Origin: an uncultured Acidobacteriota bacterium
GTDB lineage: Bacteria; Acidobacteriota; UBA890
DNA length: 64,000 nucleotides
Reading direction: 5' to 3'
NCBI GenBank assembly: GCA_964430745.1
Contig: CAYSHI010000304.1
Span: 5,180-69,179 of the forward strand
Position numbers and translations under genes: made by a program. The notes below the pieces were generated by a model. That model was given only the letters and a program-made list of their open reading frames with translations. It made no database searches and had not been told where the DNA came from. Shown here one piece after another: positions 48,461-58,871 of the stretch; position 1 is the stretch's first letter; the number at the start of each line of letters is the position of its first letter.

Positions 48461-49608
48461 TGGCGGTGCGCGATCGAGATCGGCCCGATGCGACCATGAC
48501 GGCCGGCCGACGAATCGGCGTCGACGTCCGCGAGTGGAAGCCGGGCACTTCCACAGGAATCGCCCGAGTCCTCACGGGATTCCTCGCCTGGGCCGCCGAT
48601 AACTCGCCGCACGACTTCGTGCTGTTCGGCAATCAGCATACGGAGATCAGGGTAAGCACAGACAGGATGATCGCGCGCATGGAAGACGAATCCAGCCGCT
48701 TGCTCTGGGACCAGATGACACTGCCGCGGCTGCTCGCGGAGAGCAAAGCAGACGTCTTCTTGTCTCCCTACTACAAAGGCCCGTTGAAGGCTCCCTGCCC
48801 TGTCGTCGTCACCGCCAACGACCTCATCGAGGTGCACTATCCCGGTGGCTCAGCGCTCAAGCGACTCATGCTCCCCGGATGGATGCGGCTCATGTCACGG
48901 CGTGCCTCCCGTGTCTTGACGCTGTCGGAATACTCGCGGCGAGATCTGGTGGAGACACTCGGCTTGGACAGCTCTCGCATCAGCGTGGTTCCGGTCGGGG
49001 TCGACGAGCGATTCTTCGACGCGCCGTCGGATGCACGGCGGGAGCAGCCCCGGCGCGCGCTCGACATCCCCCCGGGCTATGTGCTGTACGTCGGCCGCTG
49101 TGCGGATCACAAGAACGTCCGCACGCTGGTGCGCGCCTGGAGCGCCTTGCCCGACGCCGTGCGCAACAAACACCCGCTGGTGTTGGCCGGCGGTGACGTC
49201 GACATGTTTCGGGAGCTTGCGGACGGTTCGAACCCATCCGTGTCGATACCGGGGTTCATCGACGACGACGAACTGGCAGCGCTCTACCGCGACGCAGCGG
49301 TGATGTGCTTCCCCTCGCTGTATGAAGGCTTCGGCCTCCCACCTCTCGAGGCCATGGCTTGCGGCACCCCCGTCGTTGCGTCGAATGCCACCTCGCTTCC
49401 GGAGGTCCTCGGCGACGCGGCACTGCTCCTCGACCCACTCGACGAAGAAGGCTGGTGTGTCGGGCTGAGCAACGTCCTTCACGATGGCGAGCTGCGCCAA
49501 GAGCTGATCTCGGCGGGCAGAAGACGCGCCGCGAAGTACACCACCGCACGAGCGGCCGAGCTGATGCTGGACAACCTCCTCGCAGTGGCGTGCCGGGAGG
49601 AAACATGA
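48457..49608 (+). CDS. glycosyltransferase family 4
   Basis: 383 aa; EX7E motif [25 protein letters not shown]; overlaps neighbours by 4 bp. Confidence 0.8.
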   Translation: MMAVRDRDRPDATMTAGRRIGVDVREWKPGTSTGIARVLTGFLAWAADNSPHDFVLFGNQHTEIRVSTDRMIARMEDESSRLLWDQMTLPRLLAESKADVFLSPYYKGPLKAPCPVVVTANDLIEVHYPGGSALKRLMLPGWMRLMSRRASRVLTLSEYSRRDLVETLGLDSSRISVVPVGVDERFFDAPSDARREQPRRALDIPPGYVLYVGRCADHKNVRTLVRAWSALPDAVRNKHPLVLAGGDVDMFRELADGSNPSVSIPGFIDDDELAALYRDAAVMCFPSLYEGFGLPPLEAMACGTPVVASNATSLPEVLGDAALLLDPLDEEGWCVGLSNVLHDGELRQELISAGRRRAAKYTTARAAELMLDNLLAVACREET

Positions 49609-50840
49609 AAACCCTCTTGTTGACGTTCGACTACCCTCCGATGATCGGCGGAATCGCGAACGCTCTCGGAACCCTGTGGGAACGCTCGGGATGCCACGAG
49701 TCGGTTGTCCTGGCACCGGCCGGCAAGGGCGCAGGCGAGCTCGACGGCGCCGGGCGGAGTACCACCGTGCGCTTCCCGGTCGTCGCCGGAAACGGTGTCG
49801 CGAGCAAGCTCATCAACTTGTCTTCCGGGCTCGCGTGGTTCACCTATTGTGCGATCCGCTTTCGTCCACAGTTGGTCATCGCCGGGCAGATCCGTCGCGC
49901 CGGCCCGATTGCCCGCCTGTGGAGCATCGTCACCCGCAGGCCCTACTACTTGTGGGTATACGGCGGCGAGACCAGCCCCGACTTCACCCGTTCCGCCCGC
50001 GCGACGGCGTACTTGCAGCGTGTCCTGCGAGGGGCGCGCGTCGTCTTCACCATCTCGCCCTACACGACCCGCCTGATGTCGGACTTCGGAATCCCCGGAT
50101 CCCGGATCGTCGAGGTCCCGCTGGGCACACGCCATGATGTCGGCCCGCGCCCGAAGGATCGAGGATACACGGACAAGCTGGGGCTCCACGGAAAACTCGT
50201 GTTCCTGACGGTGGGACGGTTGGTCGAGCGGAAGGGCGTCGACACAATGCTGCGAGCCCTCGCCGAGATCGATGCGGAGCTACCGGCCTGGCGCTACCTC
50301 GTGGTCTCGGACGGCCCGTATCGCGTCGCTCTGGAAGAGCTGGCCTCCCGCCTCGGGATCGCCGACAGGGTGACGTTCACCGGGTACGTCGACGACGCGG
50401 AGCTGGCGACCTATTACAACCTCTCCGATGTCTTCTGCATGCCGAACCGCGAGGTAGTGACTCAGGGCGGCTCCAGCCTCTCCGTCGAGGGCTTCGGCAT
50501 GGTCTTCGTCGACGCCGCGGCGTGCGGCAAGCCGGTCATCGGCGGCCGCTCGGGCGGCGCTGTTGACGCCATCTCGCACGGCGTGAACGGATTCCTCGTT
50601 GCACCCGGCGACGTGGAAGATCTGAAACGCGCCATCGTTCGGCTCGCCGACGCCGGAGTCCGCGCGACCATGGGCAAGGCCGGTTTGGAGCTCGCCTCTC
50701 GTTTCGACTGGAGTCGATCGGCGAGCGTCCTTCGTCCTTATCTCAGCGGCGAGAAGCGACCCGGGTTCGACGGCGACGCGCGGTCGCGGCTCGGCGACGA
50801 AGATCAGCAGCGCTTCGGCGGCGAGGAGGAACGCGGATGA
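49605..50840 (+). CDS. glycosyltransferase family 4
   Basis: ATG 49605 (ATGA overlap); motif CMPNREVVTQGGSSLSVEGFGMVFVDAAACGKPVIG; the track ORF 49359.. is an extension. Confidence 0.8.
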   Translation: MKTLLLTFDYPPMIGGIANALGTLWERSGCHESVVLAPAGKGAGELDGAGRSTTVRFPVVAGNGVASKLINLSSGLAWFTYCAIRFRPQLVIAGQIRRAGPIARLWSIVTRRPYYLWVYGGETSPDFTRSARATAYLQRVLRGARVVFTISPYTTRLMSDFGIPGSRIVEVPLGTRHDVGPRPKDRGYTDKLGLHGKLVFLTVGRLVERKGVDTMLRALAEIDAELPAWRYLVVSDGPYRVALEELASRLGIADRVTFTGYVDDAELATYYNLSDVFCMPNREVVTQGGSSLSVEGFGMVFVDAAACGKPVIGGRSGGAVDAISHGVNGFLVAPGDVEDLKRAIVRLADAGVRATMGKAGLELASRFDWSRSASVLRPYLSGEKRPGFDGDARSRLGDEDQQRFGGEEERG

Positions 50841-51976
50841 AGGTCCTTCACTTGATCACGCGTCTCGATCCCGGAGGGTCCGCCGAGAACACGCTGCTCA
50901 CCTGCCACCACCTCGTAGAGAACGGCTGGCAAGCGCGGCTCGCCGCCGGTCCCGGCTGGACCGGCAAGGAGGCCAACGTCGGAGACGCCCGCGTGCCGGT
51001 GTTGCTGATCCCGACGATGCAGCGAGATCCTTCGCCGATCGCCGACGCGCGGGCCTTCTGGCAGATCTATCGCATCCTGCGGCGTGAACGCCCGACGATC
51101 CTTCACACGCACTCGGCGAAAGCGGGCGTGCTCGGCCGTTGGGCCGGCGTAGCAGCCCGCGTACCGGTGATCGTTCACACTCCTCACGGACACGTGCTCT
51201 ACGGGTACGCACGCGGTCTGAAGAACTGGATCTACCTGCTTGCCGAGCGGATGTGCGCGCCGGTTTCCGATTCCCTCGTGGCGCTGAGCGAAGGCGAGAA
51301 GCGGGAGTCGGCGGAGGCCGGAATCGGCGCATTGAAAAAATGGACCGTGGTTCCCAGCGGCGTGGACGTCGACGGGATCGAACGGAGGCCCGAGCGCCCC
51401 GCCGGCGCCAAGGTCAGGGTCGGCACCGTCGCCCGCCTCGAACACGTCAAAGGTGTCGATGTGCTGGTTCGGGCCGCGAGCGTGCTCTCGTCCCAAGATC
51501 TGCCGGATCACGAAATCCTCGTCTGGGGAGAGGGCCGGGAGCGGCAGGAGCTCGTCGATCTGACGGCACGGCTCGATGTCGGCCACCGCGTTCGCTTCGT
51601 CGGCACGGAGCAGCCGGTCGAAGAGTTCCTCGGCAGCCTGGACGTCTACACCCAGCCTTCGCGCAACGAAGGAATGGGGCGGGCGCTGGTGCTCGCCCAG
51701 GCCGCCGGACTACCCGTGGCGGCGAGCAGTGTGTGCGGCATTCCCGATGTGGTTCGCGACGGCGAAACCGGCCTGCTGGTGCCACCGGATCAGCCCGAGG
51801 CGCTCGCGGGCGCTATCGCCCGATTCGTGCGGGACCCTTCTACCCGAGACGGTTTCGGCGACGCCGCGCGATCGTGGATCATGTCCCACGACGAAACGGG
51901 CTACCCGAGGTTCAGCACGGCGGCGATGCTCTGGCGCCTCGAAGCGTTGTACCAACAGCTGTCCGAGGACCGATGA
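50837..51976 (+). CDS. glycosyltransferase family 4
   Basis: 379 aa; motif TQPSRNEGMGRALVLAQAAGLPVAAS. Confidence 0.8.
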   Translation: MKVLHLITRLDPGGSAENTLLTCHHLVENGWQARLAAGPGWTGKEANVGDARVPVLLIPTMQRDPSPIADARAFWQIYRILRRERPTILHTHSAKAGVLGRWAGVAARVPVIVHTPHGHVLYGYARGLKNWIYLLAERMCAPVSDSLVALSEGEKRESAEAGIGALKKWTVVPSGVDVDGIERRPERPAGAKVRVGTVARLEHVKGVDVLVRAASVLSSQDLPDHEILVWGEGRERQELVDLTARLDVGHRVRFVGTEQPVEEFLGSLDVYTQPSRNEGMGRALVLAQAAGLPVAASSVCGIPDVVRDGETGLLVPPDQPEALAGAIARFVRDPSTRDGFGDAARSWIMSHDETGYPRFSTAAMLWRLEALYQQLSEDR

Positions 51977-53622
51977 AGCGGGCGATGCAGGGCGTCGTTC
52001 GATGGATCGCCGCGGCCCTTGTCGGCGTCGCATTCGCGGCGATTCCGGCGGAAGCGGGTTTGGCGCCCCAGGAATCGTCATCGCCGCGAGTAACAGCCGT
52101 GGAACCAGCGGCAGCCATCGGCGCTCGGAAACATGACGCCGGCCCGGACCAGCTCGTGGCCGCCGTTCACGTGCACTCGAGCGCCAGCAGCGGGGCGCTG
52201 CCGATGCCAGAGCTCGCTCAGCTGGCGCGACAATCCGGCCTTGACGTGCTCGTACTCGGAGAGAACCTTGGCTACGAGTTCCGCTACGCGCCCGCGGGCC
52301 TGCGTATGTTCGGCGAGGCCCGCGTCACGACGGAAACGCTCGAACGCCACGGGATAGCCCGCTTTCTGGAGGAGGTCGCCGCAGCTCGCGTCGCGCAACC
52401 GGATCTGCTTCTGCTCGCGGGCGCCGAAGTGCCGCCATACTACTACTGGACGGGGAGCCTGCTGCAGGGTGATCTGACGTTGCGCGACCTGCAACGCAAC
52501 ATCCTGCTGATCGCGCCGGTGGACGCATCGACGGACGCGACCCACGCGTTCTTCCGGGACGTCCCGGCCGTCGGGAATCCCCACCACCGCGAATACGGGA
52601 CACGTAGTCTCGCGCTATTGGTCCCGGGGTTGCTGTGTGTCGGATTCGCGGCCCGATTGCTGACTCGACCCGCATCCGGCGCTCCCTCGCGGAGGCCGGC
52701 CGCGCCCGCGGCTGCCCTGCTCACCGTCGGCACGATATTGCTGTACATGAATTTCCCCTACTCGGCCCCCGTGCTCGCCCCCTATTCACCGGGCGCCGCC
52801 GCACGGGCAGCCGAGAGCGTGCTGTCCCACGCGCGAGACCACGGCGGCCTGGGCTATTGGTCGATGCCGCAGGCGGTTGCCGAAAGCGAGCGCGGGGTGG
52901 GCCCGGTGACGGTTCGGCTGTCAACGGTTCCCTACCCCGAGGTGCTCGCCGAGCCGAGCGCGTACACGGGCTTCGGGGGCGTATACGCGGATACGGTGAC
53001 GTTGTGGGAAGCGGGCGATGCCTGGGACAAGGCGATTCTCGCTTTCCAGTCGGGCCGGCGCGATCGGCCGCCCTGGATCATGGGGGAGTCCGCCTTTCAC
53101 TACCCCGGCCAGGCGGGCAAGCATATCGGCGACGTCGTCACCGTCCTGCTCGTCGAAGAACAGACCGAGCATGCTGTCTTCACGGCCCTCTCCGAGGGGA
53201 GCAGCTACGCTCTGCGACGCGATCGAGGTCATCCCGATATACGGCTCGGCGAGTTCTCGATCATCCGCACCGGTACGGTCGACGCACGCCACCGTGAGGA
53301 GCCGGACACGTCGAGCGCACCGGCCTCCGCGCCGGAGGCGAAGCGAGCCGGTCAGACTTTGGCGGTACTAACGCCCGAAGCCATCGAAACCGAGCTTGTC
53401 GTGCAGGTGTACGATACGGCGGGCTCGCGGACACCCATTGACGTCGAGATCATTCGCAACGGTGAGGTGCACCGGCGAGTCGCGGGGGCAACGCCGTTTG
53501 AACAACGCTGGCGAGAGACGCTTGCCGCCGGCGACAGGAGCGCCTACTACCGGGTCGTCGTGCGCGCGACGCGCGCCGCGTACCTCGTCTCCAACCCCAT
53601 ATTCATCGAGCGCGACCGTTGA
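51973..53622 (+). CDS. exported PHP-like metal-dependent phosphoesterase domain protein
   Basis: ATG 51973 (ATGA overlap); signal peptide; VHVHSSASSGALP resembles the PHP/CpsB H-x-H-x-x-S-D-G start motif; internal TM; family assignment tentative. Confidence 0.45.
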   Translation: MKRAMQGVVRWIAAALVGVAFAAIPAEAGLAPQESSSPRVTAVEPAAAIGARKHDAGPDQLVAAVHVHSSASSGALPMPELAQLARQSGLDVLVLGENLGYEFRYAPAGLRMFGEARVTTETLERHGIARFLEEVAAARVAQPDLLLLAGAEVPPYYYWTGSLLQGDLTLRDLQRNILLIAPVDASTDATHAFFRDVPAVGNPHHREYGTRSLALLVPGLLCVGFAARLLTRPASGAPSRRPAAPAAALLTVGTILLYMNFPYSAPVLAPYSPGAAARAAESVLSHARDHGGLGYWSMPQAVAESERGVGPVTVRLSTVPYPEVLAEPSAYTGFGGVYADTVTLWEAGDAWDKAILAFQSGRRDRPPWIMGESAFHYPGQAGKHIGDVVTVLLVEEQTEHAVFTALSEGSSYALRRDRGHPDIRLGEFSIIRTGTVDARHREEPDTSSAPASAPEAKRAGQTLAVLTPEAIETELVVQVYDTAGSRTPIDVEIIRNGEVHRRVAGATPFEQRWRETLAAGDRSAYYRVVVRATRAAYLVSNPIFIERDR

Positions 53623-53653
53623 GCGTCGGCTGCTCGGTGCGAGCCCATCGCCC

Positions 53654-54346
53654 ATGACAATCCTCGCGGCACACCAACCTCAATACCTGCCCTGGCTCGG
53701 CTTCTTCGACAAGCTCGACCAGGCGGACGTGTTCGTCCTCCTGGACGACGTGCAGTTCAAGAAGAACGAATGGCAGAACCGAAACCGCATCAAGGGTCCG
53801 GCGGGGCCACAGTGGCTGACCGTCCCCGTGCGTCACAAGTTCCCCCAGTCGATCGCCGAGGTCGAGGTGAGGGAGGGCGAGCCCTGGCGACGGAAGCACC
53901 TGCGCGCACTGGAAACCAACTACGGCAAGGCGCCCTTCTTCGAGGCCGAGATGCAGCTCTTGGCGGAGTTGTTGGAGCGTCCGTGGACGCACCTCGCGCC
54001 GCTGAACATCGAGCTGACCCGCCGCCTTGTCGAGCGGCTGGGCATTCGCACCGACATTCGGATGAGCTCCGAGCTCTCGGCGCGCCGGCACCCGACGCTC
54101 CGACTCGTCGACCTGTGTCTCGGACTCGGAGCGGACATGTATCTATCCGGAGCCGGAGGCGACTATCTGGAGCGGGAGGCGTTCGATGCGTCCGGCGTCG
54201 GCCTCCGGTTCCAGCAGTTCACCCATCCGAGCTACGGCCAACTTCACGGTGAATTCGAGCCCTGCCTGTCGGTGGTCGACCTCCTGATGAACTGCGGCGA
54301 CGAGAGTCTTTCCGTCATTCAATCCGGTAGAATTGCCCCGTCATGA
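53654..54346 (+). CDS. WbqC-family protein
   Basis: 230 aa; AHQPQYLPWLGFFDKLDQADVFVLLDDVQF matches the WbqC-like N-terminus; common in O-antigen/EPS clusters. Confidence 0.7.
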   Translation: MTILAAHQPQYLPWLGFFDKLDQADVFVLLDDVQFKKNEWQNRNRIKGPAGPQWLTVPVRHKFPQSIAEVEVREGEPWRRKHLRALETNYGKAPFFEAEMQLLAELLERPWTHLAPLNIELTRRLVERLGIRTDIRMSSELSARRHPTLRLVDLCLGLGADMYLSGAGGDYLEREAFDASGVGLRFQQFTHPSYGQLHGEFEPCLSVVDLLMNCGDESLSVIQSGRIAPS

Positions 54347-54969
54347 GAATACTTGCGCTGGGTTGCCACCCCGATGACATCGAGTTCGGCTGCGGCGGAA
54401 CACTGTCGAAGTACGCCAGGGCCGGCCACGAGATCTACATGATGGTCATGACGCAGGGTCACGCGGGCGGCGATGACAGCCTGCGCCGGGCCGAGCAGGA
54501 AACCGCGGCGAAGATCCTCGGCTGCAAGAAGCTCTTCTGGGGCAACTACCGCGACACGGAGCTTCCGTTGAGTCGCAAGCTGATCCAGGGCATCGAGGAG
54601 GTGATCGAACAGGTCGCGCCATCGTTCATCTTCGTCCACTACGGCGACGACACACACCAGGACCACCGCGTGCTGTCGCAGGCAACCGTGACGGCTACCC
54701 GCTACACCCGCAACGTGCTGTTCTACGAGGGGCCGACGACGCAGAACTTCATCCCCACGGTCTTTGTTGCCATCAACGACGTCATCGCCCACAAGATCGA
54801 AGCGCTCGAGGCACACGCGTCGCAGGTGCGCAAAACGAACATCGGCGACCTCAATATCGTCGAGCTGGTCGAAGCCGCATCGCTCTTTCGAGGGACCCAG
54901 GCGCGCATCAAGCACGCCGAAGGATTCTCGCCTTTGCGCCTGTTCATCAACGTGTCGGCCGGGGAGTAA
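54343..54969 (+). CDS. PIG-L/LmbE-family deacetylase
   Basis: 208 aa; ILALGCHPDDIEFGCGGT and HQDH motifs. Confidence 0.8.
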   Translation: MRILALGCHPDDIEFGCGGTLSKYARAGHEIYMMVMTQGHAGGDDSLRRAEQETAAKILGCKKLFWGNYRDTELPLSRKLIQGIEEVIEQVAPSFIFVHYGDDTHQDHRVLSQATVTATRYTRNVLFYEGPTTQNFIPTVFVAINDVIAHKIEALEAHASQVRKTNIGDLNIVELVEAASLFRGTQARIKHAEGFSPLRLFINVSAGE

Positions 54970-54971
54970 CC

Positions 54972-56099
54972 TTGCCGGAGGCTGGCCCAACCGGCGACGC
55001 CATGACCGCAGACCACATCGCGACGATTCCCCATTCCCGCCCTCTGCTGGGCGCGGAAGAAGCGGCAGCGGCGGCCGATGTGCTCCGGTCCGGACAGCTT
55101 TCGCAAGGCCCGCGGGTCGCCGCGCTCGAGGCCGCGACCGCTGTCGCCGTCGACGCGGCGCCTTCGACCGAGCACGCCGCCACCCACGCGGTGGCCGTTT
55201 CATCGGGAACGGCGGCGCTCTATGTCGCGCTCAAGGCGCTCGGCGTGGCCGGCGGCGACGAGGTCTTGATCCCCGCGTTCGCGTGCGCCAGCCTGCACCA
55301 GGCGGTCGTTCACGCGCGCGCGACACCACGATTCATCGATTGTGACCCGCACTCACTGAACCCCGATGCGGACGACGCCCGACGAAAGCTCAGCTCGCGC
55401 ACCACCGCCTGCATCGTGCCCCATCTGTTCGGACTGCCGGCCGACATCGCGGCTTTCTCGGCCCTGGACGTCCCGGTTGTCGAGGACTGCGCCCAGACTC
55501 TCGGAGTGTCCGTCGGCGATCGCCGCGTCGGGAGCTTCGGAGTGCTGACCGTGTGCTCGTTCTACGCCACAAAGCTCGTCGCCGGCGGCGAGGGGGGCAT
55601 GGTCCTGTCGCGCGATCGTCGCCTCACCGATGCCGCCCGCTCGTTGCGTGACTGCGAGCAGTCGGACGCAGCGGAGGCCGCCTTCAACTTCAAGATGAGC
55701 GACCTTCACGCGGCCATCGCCCAGGTGCAGCTCCGCCGTCTCGACGACATCCTGCGCCGACGCCGCCTGCTTGCAGGCGCCTACCGCGAGGCCCTCGAAG
55801 ACGCCGGCGTGGACCTACCCGTCGAGCCGACGGCCGGCGGCCACGCCTGGTTCCGGTTCGTCGTCGGACTCCGCGCTACCGACATCGGCTCGCTGATCGA
55901 CCGCTGCGACCGACGAGGCCTGTCGTGCCGACGCCCCGTTGGCCGTCTGGCACCGGGAGTCGACCTGGACGCCCTTCCGGGCTGTCGCTCGGCATGGGAA
56001 GAAAGCTGCTCGCTTCCCCTCTATCCCGCGCTTTCCGACATCGAAGCCCGCCAGGTGCCCGAACGGTTCAAGGCGGCACTCGGAGGCGCCGATGACTAG
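54972..56099 (+). CDS. DegT/DnrJ/EryC1/StrS-family sugar aminotransferase
   Basis: SRPLLG..E start region and PLP fold; an alternative ATG lies at 55002. Confidence 0.8.
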   Translation: MPEAGPTGDAMTADHIATIPHSRPLLGAEEAAAAADVLRSGQLSQGPRVAALEAATAVAVDAAPSTEHAATHAVAVSSGTAALYVALKALGVAGGDEVLIPAFACASLHQAVVHARATPRFIDCDPHSLNPDADDARRKLSSRTTACIVPHLFGLPADIAAFSALDVPVVEDCAQTLGVSVGDRRVGSFGVLTVCSFYATKLVAGGEGGMVLSRDRRLTDAARSLRDCEQSDAAEAAFNFKMSDLHAAIAQVQLRRLDDILRRRRLLAGAYREALEDAGVDLPVEPTAGGHAWFRFVVGLRATDIGSLIDRCDRRGLSCRRPVGRLAPGVDLDALPGCRSAWEESCSLPLYPALSDIEARQVPERFKAALGGADD

Positions 56100-56168
56100 C
56101 CGCGTTCGCTCCCGAGACCGCCGAAGCGATCGGCGGCAGAGAGCCACGAACCACTCCCGGAGAGAGCG

Positions 56169-57734
56169 ATGACGAACCGAGAGCGCCTGCTGAGCTTCGC
56201 TTTGGCCGTGGTCGCCATCGTCTTGCTCCTGCCGCCGATCAGCGGTCTGTTTTTCGTCGCGGGAAACCGCTGGGTGTATGTGTTGGCGCTCAGCTTCTGT
56301 ATTTCCGGCGCCACCACTCCGGTGATTCGAGACGTTGCCGTCAGGATCGGGGCGGTCGACAAGCCCGACGGCGCGGAAGGCCGGAAGATCCACCAACGTT
56401 CGACCGCCCTGCTCGGCGGCGTCGCCGTCTGGTTCGGGATCGTCGGCGCACTCGTTGCCAACGGCGTGTGGCCCGCGGGGCTCGCCCCGGTTCTCGCCAC
56501 GGGCACGATTCTGCTCGTTTTTTCCGCCGCCGACGACGTGCGCCCGATCCGCACCTCCCTGAAGCTGGTAGCGTTTCTGGTGTGCGCCGCGTTCGCCGTG
56601 TCCGCGGGAGCCCAAGCCTCCATCTTTCCCCCGTCGCCGCTGGGCACGGCCGCGAATCTGCTCCTCAGCTTCGTGTGGATCGTCGGCATCTTCAACGCGC
56701 TGAACTTCCTCGATGGCATGGACGGGCTCGCCGCGGGCCTGTCGGTCGTTATCGCCGTTCTGATGGGCGTCGTCGCTTTCGAAACATCGCAGCCGGGGAT
56801 CGGCTGGGCCACGGCGGCAATCGCCGGCGCCTGCCTCGGCTTCATTCCCTACAACTTTCGCCCGGGCGGCCGCGCGACGATCTTTCTCGGCGACGCCGGC
56901 AGCAACTTCCTCGGCTTCGTCCTCGCCAGCCTGGCATTGTTGGGGTTCTGGGCCGAGGCCGACCCTCTGGTGGCGATCAGCAACCCGATTCTCATCTTCT
57001 CGGTGCTGATCTACGACATGACGTACATCACCATCGACCGCATTGCTTCGGGCAAGGTCCGTTCGTTCCACGACTGGATCGACTACACGGGCCAAGACCA
57101 CCTTCACCATCGGACCGCTGCCGTACTCGCCGGGCGCGGCAAGGCGGTGCTCTTCATCCTGATGATGAACACGGCGCTCGGCATCGCAGCTCTGGCGCTG
57201 CGCGGCGCAGACCGGGTCACGGCGGTCTTCTTGCTCGTTCAGGCGCTGTTGATCCTCAGCCTCATCACCATGCTCGAACGCCGTGGGAAGGGGCTCATCA
57301 GCGCTCTCTTGAAACAGGAGCCCCACATCAGCCGAGACCCGAACCGGCCGCCCGTCCTGGTCGTCGACTTCGACGGCACCATCGCGCTCTGGGCGCCCTC
57401 AGGCTATCCCGATATCGGCGAGCCGATCGAAGGCGCCCACCGATTCCTGCGGCTGCTCAAGAGCGAGGGCTGGAAGATCGTGATCAACAGCTGCAGAAGC
57501 GGCGTCGATCATGAAACTCGGATGGTCCGCTGGCTCACGGACCACAACATCCCGTTCGACGAGGTCAACCACAACTCGGATTATCCGTGGGCCAAGGGCA
57601 AGCCCGTCGGCGACGTCTACCTCGACGACCGCGGCGTTCGCTTCGAAGGCCGCTGGGACGCCGCTTATCAGAAGGTCCAGGAGTTGCTCCACCTCGCCGG
57701 CCAAAACGAGATCGCCTGCCGCGACGACGACTGA
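56169..57734 (+). CDS. polyprenyl-phosphate sugar-1-phosphate transferase (WecA/MraY family) fused to C-terminal HAD-like hydrolase domain
   Basis: About 10 TM helices with FNALNFLDGMDGLAAG (NxxNxxDGxDGL); C-terminal 120 aa soluble domain with DFDGT and GDVYLDDRG HAD motifs. Confidence 0.75.
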   Translation: MTNRERLLSFALAVVAIVLLLPPISGLFFVAGNRWVYVLALSFCISGATTPVIRDVAVRIGAVDKPDGAEGRKIHQRSTALLGGVAVWFGIVGALVANGVWPAGLAPVLATGTILLVFSAADDVRPIRTSLKLVAFLVCAAFAVSAGAQASIFPPSPLGTAANLLLSFVWIVGIFNALNFLDGMDGLAAGLSVVIAVLMGVVAFETSQPGIGWATAAIAGACLGFIPYNFRPGGRATIFLGDAGSNFLGFVLASLALLGFWAEADPLVAISNPILIFSVLIYDMTYITIDRIASGKVRSFHDWIDYTGQDHLHHRTAAVLAGRGKAVLFILMMNTALGIAALALRGADRVTAVFLLVQALLILSLITMLERRGKGLISALLKQEPHISRDPNRPPVLVVDFDGTIALWAPSGYPDIGEPIEGAHRFLRLLKSEGWKIVINSCRSGVDHETRMVRWLTDHNIPFDEVNHNSDYPWAKGKPVGDVYLDDRGVRFEGRWDAAYQKVQELLHLAGQNEIACRDDD

Positions 57735-57773
57735 TCTCCGCCCGGAGATGTCGCTCGTTCGGACTGTCGACGC

Positions 57774-58871
57774 TCAGCGCAGAAGCGCCGCCTCCACCAC
57801 CATCCCCGGGCCGAAGCCCACCGCGACACAAGGTCTCGGCGCCTCATTGCGGCGCAGGTCTTCGAGGATGAACAGCAGCGTCGCGGCCGACATGTTGCCG
57901 TACTCCGACAGTACCCGCCGGGACACCGCCATCGCTTGGTCGTCGAGACCCATGGCATCGGCGAAGGCGGTGAGAATGCGCGGGCCGCCGGGGTGTACCG
58001 CCCAGGTGGCAACGTCATCCACTTCGAGGTCGTTGGCCTCCAGCCATGCGCGCAACCAGTCGGCAAGGTTTCGCCGGATGAGCTCGGGAACACGCGCCGA
58101 GAGCGTCATGTGAAATCCGTGGTCGCCGATGTTCCAGGTCATCGCGTCGCCTGAATCGGGCATCAGCAATGTTCCGCTCGCGGTGGCGGACCACTCCGTT
58201 TCCGATGCCGCGGCCGGGTCCGCAAGGCCCACCAGCGCACCCGCGCCATCGGCGAACAAAGAGTTGGCGACGATCTTCTGAGCGTCCCAGCCGTAGAAGA
58301 AATGCAAGGTGCACAACTCGACGGCACACAGCAGCACGCGGGCCTCGGGATCGGCGCGGGTGAACGACCGCGCCACACGCAAGCCGTTGAGCGCCCCGTG
58401 GCAACCCATGAATCCCACATGGGTGCGCTGCACGGTTCGCGGGAGGTCGAGGCCCTCGATCAAGGCGGCGTCGATCCCCGGCGCGAGGAATCCCGTGCAC
58501 GACACCGTCACGACATGAGTAAAGTCACGCGGCGCGATCCCGGAGTCGTCGATCGCTCGGCGCGCCGCCAGCTCGGCCAGGCGAGGCGCCTCCGTCTCGT
58601 AGACCCGCATGCGCTCGCGCGTCGTCGGGCCGAGGTCACGGGCGTCTCGGGCACGGTGATAGAGAGCCTGGCGTGAGAACGGCTCACCCTCGGGACTCTG
58701 CAGCAGAACGCTGTGCCGTTTGCGCACACCGGCGCGACGGTAGAGAGCCGGGATGACGCGTCGCTTCTTCTCGTCGCCGTGGCAAAATGACTGGTTCACC
58801 TCGGCGACGTCGTCCTGCGTGATCGAGAAATCCGGCGAAGCGGTGCCGATCCCGGCGATTGTCAGGCTCAT
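57774..58871 (-). CDS. type III polyketide synthase (chalcone/stilbene synthase family)
   Basis: 365 aa; active-site Cys region VVTVSCTGFLAPG, FMGCHGALNGL, C-terminal GFGPG signature. Confidence 0.85.
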   Translation of the reverse strand: MSLTIAGIGTASPDFSITQDDVAEVNQSFCHGDEKKRRVIPALYRRAGVRKRHSVLLQSPEGEPFSRQALYHRARDARDLGPTTRERMRVYETEAPRLAELAARRAIDDSGIAPRDFTHVVTVSCTGFLAPGIDAALIEGLDLPRTVQRTHVGFMGCHGALNGLRVARSFTRADPEARVLLCAVELCTLHFFYGWDAQKIVANSLFADGAGALVGLADPAAASETEWSATASGTLLMPDSGDAMTWNIGDHGFHMTLSARVPELIRRNLADWLRAWLEANDLEVDDVATWAVHPGGPRILTAFADAMGLDDQAMAVSRRVLSEYGNMSAATLLFILEDLRRNEAPRPCVAVGFGPGMVVEAALLR

